A stretch of 64,000 nt of DNA from Gammaproteobacteria bacterium (GTDB taxonomy: Bacteria > Pseudomonadota > Gammaproteobacteria > JACKNK01): contig JBMYTL010000004.1 of NCBI GenBank assembly GCA_049604295.1, positions 9,952-73,951 of the forward strand. The letters run 5' to 3'. Within the stretch, counting starts at the first letter, position 1; the number at the start of each line of letters is the position of its first letter. Shown in pieces: positions 41,869-51,580 of the stretch. The notes beneath the pieces are model-generated. The model did not search any database. It saw only the letters and a program-made list of their open reading frames with translations, and was not told where the DNA came from. Made by a program: the position numbers and the translations under genes.

Positions 41869-43122
41869 ATGACCGATGCCTGTTTCGCCAGCGACCAAGG
41901 CCTCATAGCCGCGGACGAGGCCCTTGCCGCCCTGCTCGATTCCGCGCAGCCCATCGCAGCCAGCGAGACCCTCCCCCTGGCCGAAGCACTCGGCCGCATC
42001 GTGCATGATGCCGTGGTCAGCCCCATTGATGTTCCTGGCTACGACAACAGCGCCATGGACGGATACGCGGTCCGTGCAGCGGAGCTTGAGGCAGCCGACG
42101 GCACACATCCCGTCCACCTGCCCGTGAGTCAGAGGGTCGCCGCGGGCTCTCAACCCGGCCCACTCGAGATGGGCAGCGCCGCACGGATATTCACCGGGGC
42201 CCCGATTCCCGCGGGTGCGGACTCCGTTGTCATGCAGGAAGTGGTGCATGAGCGCGACGCGGTCGCCTGTTTCACCCTGCCTGCCCCCGTCGGTGACAAC
42301 ATCCGCCCCCGGGGCAATGACATCGCCCGTGAAGCCGGGATCATCGAACCCGGTGTGCGTCTGGGTCCGGGGCATCTCGGACTGGCCGCATCGGTCGGAG
42401 TGGCGGAACTGTCTGTATTCCGGCGCCTGCGTGTGGCCGTGTTCTTCACCGGTGACGAGATCGTTGCGCCCGGTGAGCCCCTGCGGGCAGGGCAGATCTA
42501 CAACTCCAACGCGTGGACCCTGACCGGGCTGCTGCGCCAGATGGGCTGCGAGGTGATCGACCTGGGACGGGTGGCTGACCGCTTTGACGACACCCTCGAT
42601 GCGCTGCAAAAGGCCGCCGCCCGGGCCGACGTGGTCATGACCTCCGGCGGCATGTCGGTGGGCGAGGAGGATCACGTCAAGGCGGCCGTGGAACAGGCGG
42701 GCGAATTGGATCTCTGGCGGATCGCCATCAAACCCGGAAAGCCATTTGCCCACGGTCGGGTGGGCGACGCGGTGTTCATGGGCCTGCCGGGCAATCCGGT
42801 CTCCGTGTTCGTCACCTTTCTATGGCTCGCCCGTCCCGTGCTCCTGCGCATGATGGGGGCCCGTGAGGTGTTGCCCACGGCACTGCCGATGCGCAGCGGC
42901 TTTGCCTGGCCCCGGGCTCAACCGCGGCGGGAATTGCTTCGCGTGCAAATACAGGCCGATGGCCACGGTGGCCTGCACGCTGTGCCCTTCCCCCGTCAGG
43001 GGTCCGACGTCCTGTCCTCGGTGGTTTGGGCTCACGGCCTGGCGGAGATTCCCGAAGGGCAGACCATCGAACCCGGTGACACGGTGAACTACTACGCGCT
43101 CACCGATCTCTTGCACGGCTGA
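41869..43122 (+). CDS. moeA: molybdopterin molybdotransferase
   Basis: GYDNSAMDGYAV and SGGMSVGEED motifs. Start set at the internal ATG (MTDACFAS), because the upstream ORF extension is Arg/Cys-rich junk. Confidence 0.8.
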   Translation: MTDACFASDQGLIAADEALAALLDSAQPIAASETLPLAEALGRIVHDAVVSPIDVPGYDNSAMDGYAVRAAELEAADGTHPVHLPVSQRVAAGSQPGPLEMGSAARIFTGAPIPAGADSVVMQEVVHERDAVACFTLPAPVGDNIRPRGNDIAREAGIIEPGVRLGPGHLGLAASVGVAELSVFRRLRVAVFFTGDEIVAPGEPLRAGQIYNSNAWTLTGLLRQMGCEVIDLGRVADRFDDTLDALQKAAARADVVMTSGGMSVGEEDHVKAAVEQAGELDLWRIAIKPGKPFAHGRVGDAVFMGLPGNPVSVFVTFLWLARPVLLRMMGAREVLPTALPMRSGFAWPRAQPRRELLRVQIQADGHGGLHAVPFPRQGSDVLSSVVWAHGLAEIPEGQTIEPGDTVNYYALTDLLHG

Positions 43123-43134
43123 TCGGGCATCGCG

Positions 43135-44115
43135 GTGCTGCGCCTCGTAATCATCGTCCTCCTTTTATCGCTCATGGTCGGCGCCAGCGTGTTTGTTGCG
43201 CTCGTCACCGGCAGCGCGGACACAAGCCTGTCCGGGTTTATCGCTTGGCTTGGCGGGGCCGAGGACGTCAACAGCGCCGTGATTCTGGATCTGCGCCTGG
43301 ACCGTGTCTTGAGCGCCTTTGTGGTCGGTGCCCTCCTCGCGGTAGCCGGCGCCCTGATGCAGGTTCTGCTGCGCAACCCCCTTGCCGACCCGTTTGTGCT
43401 CGGGGTCAGCGGCGGGGCGGCGGTCGGCGCCCTGGCCTGCGTGTTGCTCGGTACGGCGGCCGCATGGATGCCGGTGGGCGCATTTGTCGGGGCACTCGGC
43501 ACCATGGTGCTGGTGTTCACTCTGGCGCGCTCGGGAGGCGACTGGAGTCCGCCGCGCCTGTTGCTCACCGGTGTGGTGATTGCCTCGGGATGGGGGGCCC
43601 TGATCAACCTCATGTTGACCATCAGCCCCGATGACCGCCTCAGGGGAATGGTGTTCTGGCTGATGGGCGACCTTTCGCTGACCGACGGCCCCGGTTGGAC
43701 CACGGCGGTTCTCGTCCTTGCCACCCTACCCGCACTGCTGTTCGCCCGCGGTCTCAACCTGCTGGCTCGCGGCGAGTTACAGGCGGCAGCCCTCGGCGTA
43801 TCCGTGCCCGCACTGCGCATGCTGGTGTATGTCTGCGCCTCAATTCTGACCGCCGCCGCCGTAACCCTTGCCGGCAGTATCGGTTTCGTCGGTCTGATCA
43901 CCCCGCACCTGGTCCGACTCACCCTGGGCCCTGATCACCGCCTTCTGCTGCCAGCCAGCCTGTTGACGGGCGGCTCCCTGGTGATCTTGGCAGACACCCT
44001 GGCGCGTACCCTGCTCGCGCCACGCCAACTGCCCGTGGGCGTGGTCACGGCCCTGGTGGGCGTTCCCGTGTTTCTGGTGCTGCTGCGCCAGCGGCGGGGG
44101 CCGGTGCATCTATGA
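43135..44115 (+). CDS. FecCD/BtuC-family ABC transporter permease (iron-chelate/B12 type)
   Basis: LLAVAGALMQVLLRNPLADPFVLGVSGGAAVGA and about 9 TM helices. Confidence 0.8.
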   Translation: MLRLVIIVLLLSLMVGASVFVALVTGSADTSLSGFIAWLGGAEDVNSAVILDLRLDRVLSAFVVGALLAVAGALMQVLLRNPLADPFVLGVSGGAAVGALACVLLGTAAAWMPVGAFVGALGTMVLVFTLARSGGDWSPPRLLLTGVVIASGWGALINLMLTISPDDRLRGMVFWLMGDLSLTDGPGWTTAVLVLATLPALLFARGLNLLARGELQAAALGVSVPALRMLVYVCASILTAAAVTLAGSIGFVGLITPHLVRLTLGPDHRLLLPASLLTGGSLVILADTLARTLLAPRQLPVGVVTALVGVPVFLVLLRQRRGPVHL

Positions 44116-44888
44116 CGGGCACACCCCTGCTGGAATGCAGCGCACTTGAGACCGCCGTTCCCGGACGCCTGCTGTGCACGGACCTGAACCTGGCAGCGGC
44201 GCCCGGAGACAGGATCGCCCTGCTCGGCCCCAACGGCAGCGGCAAGACCACCCTGCTACACACCCTCGCGGGCCTGAACCCCATGCGGAACGGGACTGTC
44301 ACCCTGCTCGGCAAACACCTGGCCGCATGGAAACGACGCCATCTCGCGCGCCACCTGGGCCTGTCATTCCAGGAGCCTGGGGATGCCCTACCCAGCAACG
44401 TGCTCGAGACGACGCTCATGGGCCGTCATCCTCATCTGGGTGCGTGGTCCTGGGAAGGACCGGAAGACGCCCGCATCGCACGCGCGGCACTTGCCGATGT
44501 GGGCCTTGCCGGGCTGGAGGCACGCACAACCGACAGCCTGTCCGGAGGGGAGCGCCAAAGACTGGCCCTCGCCGTGCTGCTGACGCAGGCGCCCGATGTC
44601 CTGCTTCTGGATGAGCCCGCCAACCACCTGGACCCCGCCCAACAGGTGCAGATACTCAAGGCCCTCGACACGCACATCGCCCGCAGCCAGGCCTGCGCGA
44701 TCATGAGCCTGCACGACGTCAACCTCGCGCTCCGGTTCTGCAACAGAGCCCTGCTTCTGTTCGGCGACGGGAACTGGGTGGAGGGACCGGTCGCAGAGGT
44801 GATCAATGAGGAACATCTCGAGCGCCTGTACGGCCACCCCATGCATTCCCTACAGGGCCCGGGGGGCCCCGCCTACCTGCCGGCCTGA
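44112..44888 (+). CDS. ABC transporter ATP-binding protein (FecE/BtuD type)
   Basis: Walker A GPNGSGKTT, signature LSGGERQRL and Walker B LLLDEP. 4-nt overlap with the permease. Confidence 0.85.
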   Translation: MTGTPLLECSALETAVPGRLLCTDLNLAAAPGDRIALLGPNGSGKTTLLHTLAGLNPMRNGTVTLLGKHLAAWKRRHLARHLGLSFQEPGDALPSNVLETTLMGRHPHLGAWSWEGPEDARIARAALADVGLAGLEARTTDSLSGGERQRLALAVLLTQAPDVLLLDEPANHLDPAQQVQILKALDTHIARSQACAIMSLHDVNLALRFCNRALLLFGDGNWVEGPVAEVINEEHLERLYGHPMHSLQGPGGPAYLPA

Positions 44889-44931
44889 TGCGCCCCGCGG
44901 CCTGTTTGATGGGGCTGCGCTCCCGGTCAGA

Positions 44932-47900
44932 TCAACGCCCGAGGTCCAGGGTCAACGGGACGCCGGCGAGGGGCACCACGAGAAGCCCCGTGTTATCCGC
45001 GCTCAACGGTTCCCGCTGACCGGAAACCGACACCTGGGTACCCGGCAACAGCCCCATGACATAGAGGGTCTGCTGATCACCCGGCGGAGTGACCTGTATG
45101 CGCTGGTCCATACGATCCGCGGCATACACGATGGAGAACCCCGTGCTGAACCCGGACCCTTTGCCACCGGCCGGGGTGTACGCGGTGACCGGAGCGGTGC
45201 GCGGTGCCACCAGCCCCGGCGACAGAACAACCAGGAAACGGTCCGAGGCTCGTGCGGCCCCCGGTTGGATCTCCAGGCGCCATTGGGGTTGATCGAACCA
45301 ACGCCGCCCCGAGTGACCCTGCGCGAAAATCTCGCCGTCGATATCGCTGTCGTCGCCGTCTGATTCCACGTAGAAGCGGTGGTTCGGACCGCCCACGAGC
45401 CGCATCACCGCGTCACGGGGAGCGATCCGGTCCACCACCAGGCTGCCCCGGTCGTTGAGCACCAGCGCCCGGGCCGAATCGCTCTCCAGCACCCCGTCAT
45501 CAACCGTACCCGCCAATACCCGGGGCGCGCTCACCACCGGCTTGGTCATGGTGTGCAGCAGCCACTTCTTGGTGTAACCGGGCTGCACCGCATCCACCTG
45601 GTCATGAACCACCAGTCGGTCTTCACCGATCAGATAAAGCAGACCGCGGCGCACGCGGTAGACACGGCCCTCCCCCCCCTGGCTGTCGAAACGACTGGTG
45701 TCGTAAGCGTCGGTCAGATCCATGGCGACATGGACGTAGCTACCCGGCCGATAGCTGCGTCCCTCGATCCGACCGCCCTCGTAATGGAGTCCGGCCCCCA
45801 ACTCGGAGCGCCAGTGGTCCACCGAATCCAGCCAACTCCCCGTGGGAATCACCAGGCGCTGCCCCCCATCGGCCACGTTCTTGGTGAACAGGTGCGTTGG
45901 GCGGACGTCATCCCCCTTGCGCAGGATGAGAAGACTGTTCTTGGCCACGGTACGAACGCCGAAGTACAGGCGATTGGGTGTTGAAACGCCCGCGTAGGAA
46001 CTGGCGTTGACGGCAAGCGGGGTGCCCTTGAAGAGTGTGAAGTGACCGGCATCGTAGTGCCCGTGGTGGCTCATGGCCGCGCCCGCGCGGAAACTGATGA
46101 ATGTGTCATCGTCTTTCCAGCCGCTGCGCATGAATCCCAGATTCATGGCCCCGGGACCGAACAGTTCGACCTCGGGCAGCCAATGCCCCATGCCTTGCAG
46201 GGAGCCCGGCTCCACACCCGGCACCCCGAGGTCGTCCGGGTCCTGCAGCAGGGGCTGGGCCCAACGGTAGTTCTTGTAGTAACCGGAGGCCCCGTAGCGC
46301 TTGTCGAGGTAACGGGACAGGCTCACCAACTCCGGTTGGCCCGTGAGGACGTTGATCAGGTCGACCACCCGTTGAGTCTCGTCCTTCATGTCCACGCGCG
46401 GCCCCTCGTCGCCCCACCCCTGCACGTTACCGTCGGGACGCAGCGCATAAAGGTGCAACAGGCCGATGCGCCGCAGCGTGGCCATGATGGCGGGGTGACG
46501 CTCGGAATCGGTCACGCCGTTGAGGAAACCACCCATGGCCAGGATCAGGTTGAAGGCCCGTGAATTGATCCAGTAGTTGTAACCACCGGGCCAGGCCTCA
46601 GCGATGCTGATGGCCTCGAGAGCGATGAGAAAATGACGCTGCGCCTCGGTGACCCGTTGTTGATAACCCGGTCGCCCCTGTTCCAGGGCGAGCGCGACCA
46701 GCCAGGCATTGGCCGCCAGGGTCGTACGCCCGTGCCAGAGGGAGGGGCCACTGTCGGCGAGCACGCTGAGATAGGCATCAAGCGACTGTTCCAGGCGCCC
46801 CTGAACGAGGTCCACCGTGGCGGTATCCATGTCCGGGTGCAGGCTGAGCAGGTCGTAGGCAAAGGCCATGCGGCCACCGTTGCCGTATCGGTTGCCGCCG
46901 TCGGGCAGTTCGGGCTGCATCTCACGCAGTCGGCGCACCGCCTCCGAGCCACGGGCGGAATCACCACTGACCAGCCAACAGGCGATATCGAACTCCAGGT
47001 TCGAATGGGCACAGGGGTCGCGGAACGGCCTCTTCAACTCCGCGGCACGTTGGGCACGACCCGCGAACAACGGTGGAACACCCACTCCGTCCCAATTTGC
47101 CAACGACGGGAACAGGATGCGCGGATGCAGGCCACGGATACGCCCTTCGAACACGTGGGGCAGTGGCGCCTGCGCGTGCCGGGTCACCCCCGCATCGACC
47201 CGGTTCATGAGCGAGGACAGCGGTGTACTGGCAGGCCCGATCAACACCCCCACGGCGAGCAACACCCCCATCAATGCCGCGGCGGTCAATGGCTCTCCCA
47301 CCCCCGGCGCACGCCGCCCGGCCAGCGCCGCCGTCGGCGCATCGGGCCAGGTGCTGAACCAGGTCCGTGCAAGCCGCCAACCCGCGCCCAACAGCGCTGC
47401 CGCACCGACCTGGAAAATGCTCCAACGCAGCACCAGTTCGGCGATGGAGGGTGTGCTCTCGCGGTTGGCACTGAGCATGAAATTCACGCCCTGCTGCGTA
47501 AGGCCGGTATTGATGCTCAGCCAACCCGCCGCGACCAGCAGGGGCAGACTCAGCACGGCCACGCCCACCCCCAGAACCCCGCAGCCGAAACCGCAGGCGA
47601 GCACGATGCCATGGGCCGTGATCAGCGCGATGGTCATGCCAATGCCCCACAGGGCAACCCACGAACCCTCGCGGTACAGCAGTTCGATCACGTTGTCGGT
47701 AACCGCCTGGTCCACCACCACCCACTGGCCGTACAGGAACAGCGGAAGCGCCGCGAGCAGCATCAGGGCGAGCCGTCCGCTCCCCTGCCGCAACCCAAGC
47801 CGACGGTTCGAGGCCAGCCAGTAACTCCAGGCCATGGGAATGAGTAACAGGGGCACCGCGAATCCGGAGAACCGGTAGCTGCGCTCGAGAAACACCGGCC

Positions 47901-49785
47901 AGCCGAGCTTCGACGAACCCAGGATATCGTTGAGACTTTCACCGGTAACCGTCTTCTCCAGCAAGATCCAAACGGGCAACCACACGGCCAGGTAAACCAG
48001 GGGCAGGGCCAGCAGCAGGATGGGACGTTGGCGGGCCAGCCATTGCCCCGCCGCGGCAGGCAGGGTGGCCGCCGCGAGCAGGAACAGCGGGAAGCTCAGA
48101 TACCGGTAGCCCCCCCCTCCGCCGAACAACTCGCGCACGTTGTACGGCACCTGCGGAAAACGCATGACGAACCACAGCAGCACCGCAATGGCGAGAACAC
48201 CGACACCACAGGCCACCAGGACACCCATCCGTATCCGCGCGGGATCCGGTTCGCGAGCGGTATTGCCTGGACCGGCTGCCCCCTCGGGCGGCAGCCCATC
48301 AGCCGCCGAACGTCCGCGTCCATCCGTTTTCGGCATGGGCGTACTGATGGTGTCCTCCACCACCTGACCGTGCCGCGAGCCCGAGCGTTTCCGCGAGCGC
48401 TGATCCGCGTGTTCCCCACGCGGTGGTCCTTTGATATCCGCACCGGGTGTGCCGGGCGGCTGGGGGGACAGGTTGACCGGCAGGGTCGCCGGATCGACCT
48501 CGGGTTGCGGCACCATGATCTCGCGTGCGAACCGGGGCACCGCAGCGATGGCCGAGCGTCGGCGTTTCTTCCCCTGTCGGGGCACAAACAGCCAACCCAG
48601 TGCCAGGGCGCCGATCCCGGCCAATAACAGCGGGCCACCGAGGGCCCAGCGCAACAGGGCAAGCACCATCACCAGCAGCACGCTGATGATCAGCACCGCC
48701 AGACGCAACTCACGGCGATCCAGCCAGGATCGCAGCAGGGGCACCACCATGAGCAGCGGCGCATAGGCCTCCAATGCAGCCCCCGCAAGTACCAGCAGGC
48801 GTTGATCCGAACCCAACAGCGGTGGCGGAAAATCCACGACCGCCCGCAGGTGTGAGTGATCCACCATCCAGCCCAATGCAGCAAGCACAAGGCCCGCCAT
48901 TACGAGCACCAGGTGCAGGGGCGACGCCGATGCGGGCACACGGCCCAGGACCAGGCTGAGCGCGGTTCCGACCCCCGCGCCGACAAGAAACTCCAGGCTC
49001 AGTCCGCGGCCGGGCATGACCCATAAAGCCAGCGCGGCAACGACCGGCAATGCCAGGACAGGAAGAAGTCGTCGTTGCAACAACAAACCCGCCCCGAACC
49101 AGCCGGCGGCCACCCATACGGTTGAGTACAGATTGAAGCCTCCGTCCAGCAGCGGCGCCAATCCCTGCACGAGCATATTGCGCGAGAGTTCGAGATGCCC
49201 CGGCAGCACCCAGGCACCGACCCACAGGGCCACCAGCACCCAGGCCGGTTGCAGTTCGTCGAGCAACATCAGGCCCGCACGCCCCTGGGGAAGGGTGACC
49301 GCCAGTGCCCCGGCAAGGGCCCCAAATGCGGCCCCGCCACTCATCAGGATGGCATCCCAAAGGGATGCATTCCGACCGGGAATCCACCACTGCAGTATCT
49401 CGGTACCAAAGGCGACCAGTAGCAGCGGTACCAGTCCGCCCACCATCGCCTCGATGACATTCCAATCGCGACCGCGCAGCCACACCGCGAACAGAAATGC
49501 CGCGGGCGTGGGTAACAGGAAATTCTCCACCAGGTCGCGCAGGCGCGATCCCTCGAGCGCGAAGAAGGCGGCAAAATCCGGCCCCTGGGGCTGCGACCAA
49601 CTGAACGCACCCAACAACAACCACGCCGTGATCACGGTGCCGGCAATGGCCAGAGGCAATGCCAGGGCGAACGCGGTTTGGTTGCTGGTGGTGCGACTCA
49701 TGGAGGGCTTACCGGGGTGCCCCGTGGGCGCAGGCCCCGGTAGGCCGACGGGCGCCCCCGAATCCGTGCCGGCCATCCATGCCAC
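44932..49785 (-). CDS. giant polytopic membrane protein: N-terminal VanZ-like domain, two TM blocks, and a C-terminal periplasmic alginate-lyase/heparinase-II/III-like domain
   Basis: A 4854-nt uninterrupted ORF with a GTG start. VanZ-type motif GTEILQWWIPGRNASLWDAILMSGGAAFG. About 10 hydrophobic helices (aa ~30-420), a Pro/Arg-rich charged linker (aa ~420-520), about 9 more helices (aa ~520-860), then WHGRTTLAANAW...YNYWINSRA (alpha/alpha-toroid-like) and AMSHHGHYDAGHFTLFKG (heparinase II/III H-x-H-x-D-x-x-H-F signature). Opposite-strand ORFs are Arg/Pro-rich artefacts. Confidence 0.7.
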   Translation of the reverse strand: MAWMAGTDSGAPVGLPGPAPTGHPGKPSMSRTTSNQTAFALALPLAIAGTVITAWLLLGAFSWSQPQGPDFAAFFALEGSRLRDLVENFLLPTPAAFLFAVWLRGRDWNVIEAMVGGLVPLLLVAFGTEILQWWIPGRNASLWDAILMSGGAAFGALAGALAVTLPQGRAGLMLLDELQPAWVLVALWVGAWVLPGHLELSRNMLVQGLAPLLDGGFNLYSTVWVAAGWFGAGLLLQRRLLPVLALPVVAALALWVMPGRGLSLEFLVGAGVGTALSLVLGRVPASASPLHLVLVMAGLVLAALGWMVDHSHLRAVVDFPPPLLGSDQRLLVLAGAALEAYAPLLMVVPLLRSWLDRRELRLAVLIISVLLVMVLALLRWALGGPLLLAGIGALALGWLFVPRQGKKRRRSAIAAVPRFAREIMVPQPEVDPATLPVNLSPQPPGTPGADIKGPPRGEHADQRSRKRSGSRHGQVVEDTISTPMPKTDGRGRSAADGLPPEGAAGPGNTAREPDPARIRMGVLVACGVGVLAIAVLLWFVMRFPQVPYNVRELFGGGGGYRYLSFPLFLLAAATLPAAAGQWLARQRPILLLALPLVYLAVWLPVWILLEKTVTGESLNDILGSSKLGWPVFLERSYRFSGFAVPLLLIPMAWSYWLASNRRLGLRQGSGRLALMLLAALPLFLYGQWVVVDQAVTDNVIELLYREGSWVALWGIGMTIALITAHGIVLACGFGCGVLGVGVAVLSLPLLVAAGWLSINTGLTQQGVNFMLSANRESTPSIAELVLRWSIFQVGAAALLGAGWRLARTWFSTWPDAPTAALAGRRAPGVGEPLTAAALMGVLLAVGVLIGPASTPLSSLMNRVDAGVTRHAQAPLPHVFEGRIRGLHPRILFPSLANWDGVGVPPLFAGRAQRAAELKRPFRDPCAHSNLEFDIACWLVSGDSARGSEAVRRLREMQPELPDGGNRYGNGGRMAFAYDLLSLHPDMDTATVDLVQGRLEQSLDAYLSVLADSGPSLWHGRTTLAANAWLVALALEQGRPGYQQRVTEAQRHFLIALEAISIAEAWPGGYNYWINSRAFNLILAMGGFLNGVTDSERHPAIMATLRRIGLLHLYALRPDGNVQGWGDEGPRVDMKDETQRVVDLINVLTGQPELVSLSRYLDKRYGASGYYKNYRWAQPLLQDPDDLGVPGVEPGSLQGMGHWLPEVELFGPGAMNLGFMRSGWKDDDTFISFRAGAAMSHHGHYDAGHFTLFKGTPLAVNASSYAGVSTPNRLYFGVRTVAKNSLLILRKGDDVRPTHLFTKNVADGGQRLVIPTGSWLDSVDHWRSELGAGLHYEGGRIEGRSYRPGSYVHVAMDLTDAYDTSRFDSQGGEGRVYRVRRGLLYLIGEDRLVVHDQVDAVQPGYTKKWLLHTMTKPVVSAPRVLAGTVDDGVLESDSARALVLNDRGSLVVDRIAPRDAVMRLVGGPNHRFYVESDGDDSDIDGEIFAQGHSGRRWFDQPQWRLEIQPGAARASDRFLVVLSPGLVAPRTAPVTAYTPAGGKGSGFSTGFSIVYAADRMDQRIQVTPPGDQQTLYVMGLLPGTQVSVSGQREPLSADNTGLLVVPLAGVPLTLDLGR

Positions 49786-49797
49786 AGTCTGACTTCA

Positions 49798-51388
49798 TCA
49801 ACGGACGCCGTGCTCACGGGTGCTGCGGAACCGGACGTCCGGCCAGCGCTCCTCGGTAAGCGACAGGTTGACCCGCGTGGGCGCGATGTAGACCAGCTCA
49901 TTGGCATGGTCATAGCCAAGGTTCTCCTCCGCCTTGTCGCGAAACTGCTCCAGCATGCGCTCATCGTCGCACTCCACCCAGCGCGCCGTCGCCACATTCA
50001 CCGGCTCGAAGATGCAGTCCACGCCGTACTCGTCCTTCAGGCGATAGGCCGCCACGTCGAACTGCAGGATACCGACGGCACCCACGATGAGGTCGTTGTT
50101 GATCATGGGCCGGAACAACTGCGTCGCGCCCTCCTCACAGAGCTGTTGCAGTCCCTTGAGCAATTGCTTCGACTTGAGCGGATTCTTGATCTGGGCGCGG
50201 CGGAACAATTCGGGCGCGAAGTTGGGGATGCCGGTGAATTGCAGGTCTTCGCCCAGTGTGAAGGTGTCACCGATGTTCACCCCACCGTGGCTGTGGATGC
50301 CGATGATATCGCCGGGGTAGGCCTCGTCCACCGAGCCACGTCCCGCGGCCATGAAGGTGAGCGCCTCGGGAATCTTGATGTCCCGCTTGAGCCGGACGTG
50401 GCGTGCCTTCATACCCTTCTCGTATTTTCCGGAACACACCCGCACGAAGGCCACACGATCGCGGTGCTGGGGGTCCATGTTTGCCTGGATCTTGAATACG
50501 AAGCCCGAGAACTTCTCCTCGTTGGCCTCCACCGAGCGCGTGGTGGTGGCGTGGGCCTTGGGCGCCGGGGCGTGCTCGACAAAATCGCGCAACAGCTCCT
50601 CAACCCCGAAGTTGCGCAGCGCCGAGCCGAAGTAGACCGGCGAGAGCCTGCCCTCCAGGTACGCCCGCGGGTCGAATTCATGGCTCGCCCCGCGAACCAG
50701 TTCCACCTCGTCGCGCAGATCATCGGCCATATCGCCGATACGGGTATCAAGATCGGGGTTGTCGATTCCCTTGATAATCTCGACCTTGGGCGGACGACCG
50801 TCCTCCTCGGCGATGGTGAACAGGTACACCTCGTCCCGGTACAGGTGATAGACGCCCTTGAAGGACTTGCCCATGCCCACGGGCCAGGTGACCGGGGCGC
50901 ACTGGATCTTCATCACGTCCTCGATCTCGTCCATCAGCTCGATGGGATCGCGGGCCTCGCGGTCCATCTTGTTGACGAAGGTGAAGACCGGGGTGTCACG
51001 CATGCGACACACCTCCATGAGCTTGAGGGTGCGTTCCTCAACGCCCTTCGCCGCATCGACGACCATCAGGGCGGAATCCACGGCCGTCAGCACGCGGTAG
51101 GTATCCTCGGAGAAATCGGCGTGTCCGGGGGTATCGAGGAGGTTCACCACGCGGTCGTTGTAGATGAACTGCATGACCGAGGATGTCACGGAGATCCCGC
51201 GCTCCTTCTCCAGCTCCATCCAGTCCGAGGTGGCGTGGCGCGCGGCCTTCTTGGCCTTGACCGTGCCGGCCAACTGGATGGCCCCCCCGAACAGGAGCAG
51301 TTTCTCGGTAATCGTTGTCTTACCGGCATCCGGGTGCGAAACAATGGCAAAGGTGCGGCGGCGCGCGGTTTCCTGGGCGTGACTGGGC
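49798..51388 (-). CDS. prfC: peptide chain release factor 3
   Basis: GTPase G1 [11 protein letters not shown] behind [16 protein letters not shown]. The start is set at the internal ATG (51388); the 63-aa upstream extension in the track is Arg/Pro-rich. Confidence 0.85.
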
Positions 51389-51580
51389 ATCGAGTGTCTG
51401 GATCGGTCGGCGTGGGTCGCGGGGGGTGGCGGATTATATCGGGGATGGCACCGCGTCGCCGGATGGTCTTCACCCGGATTGTTCATACCCGCGATGCGGG
51501 CACGCGGTAGACTCCAACCGCACTTCGGATCAACCCTCCGCGCCGCCCGAGCCGCACCACCCGACCGACCGGAAGACACA

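Noticed and set aside
41551-42753. 400-aa minus ORF
   Set aside because: Antisense of moeA. Also, the N-terminal extension of moeA (41560-41868) is Arg/Cys-rich and unlike MoeA N-termini, so the internal ATG was chosen.
45379-49792. Series of + strand ORFs (201, 173, 404, 318, 199 and 258 aa) inside the giant gene
   Set aside because: All are Arg/Pro/His-rich. They are frame artefacts opposite a coherent 1617-aa membrane protein.
49810-51510. 566-aa + ORF
   Set aside because: Antisense of prfC.
51390-51579. 63-aa N-terminal extension of prfC in the ORF track
   Set aside because: Arg/Pro/Ala-rich, and RF3 begins with its GTPase P-loop about 15 aa from the start. The internal ATG at 51388 was used.
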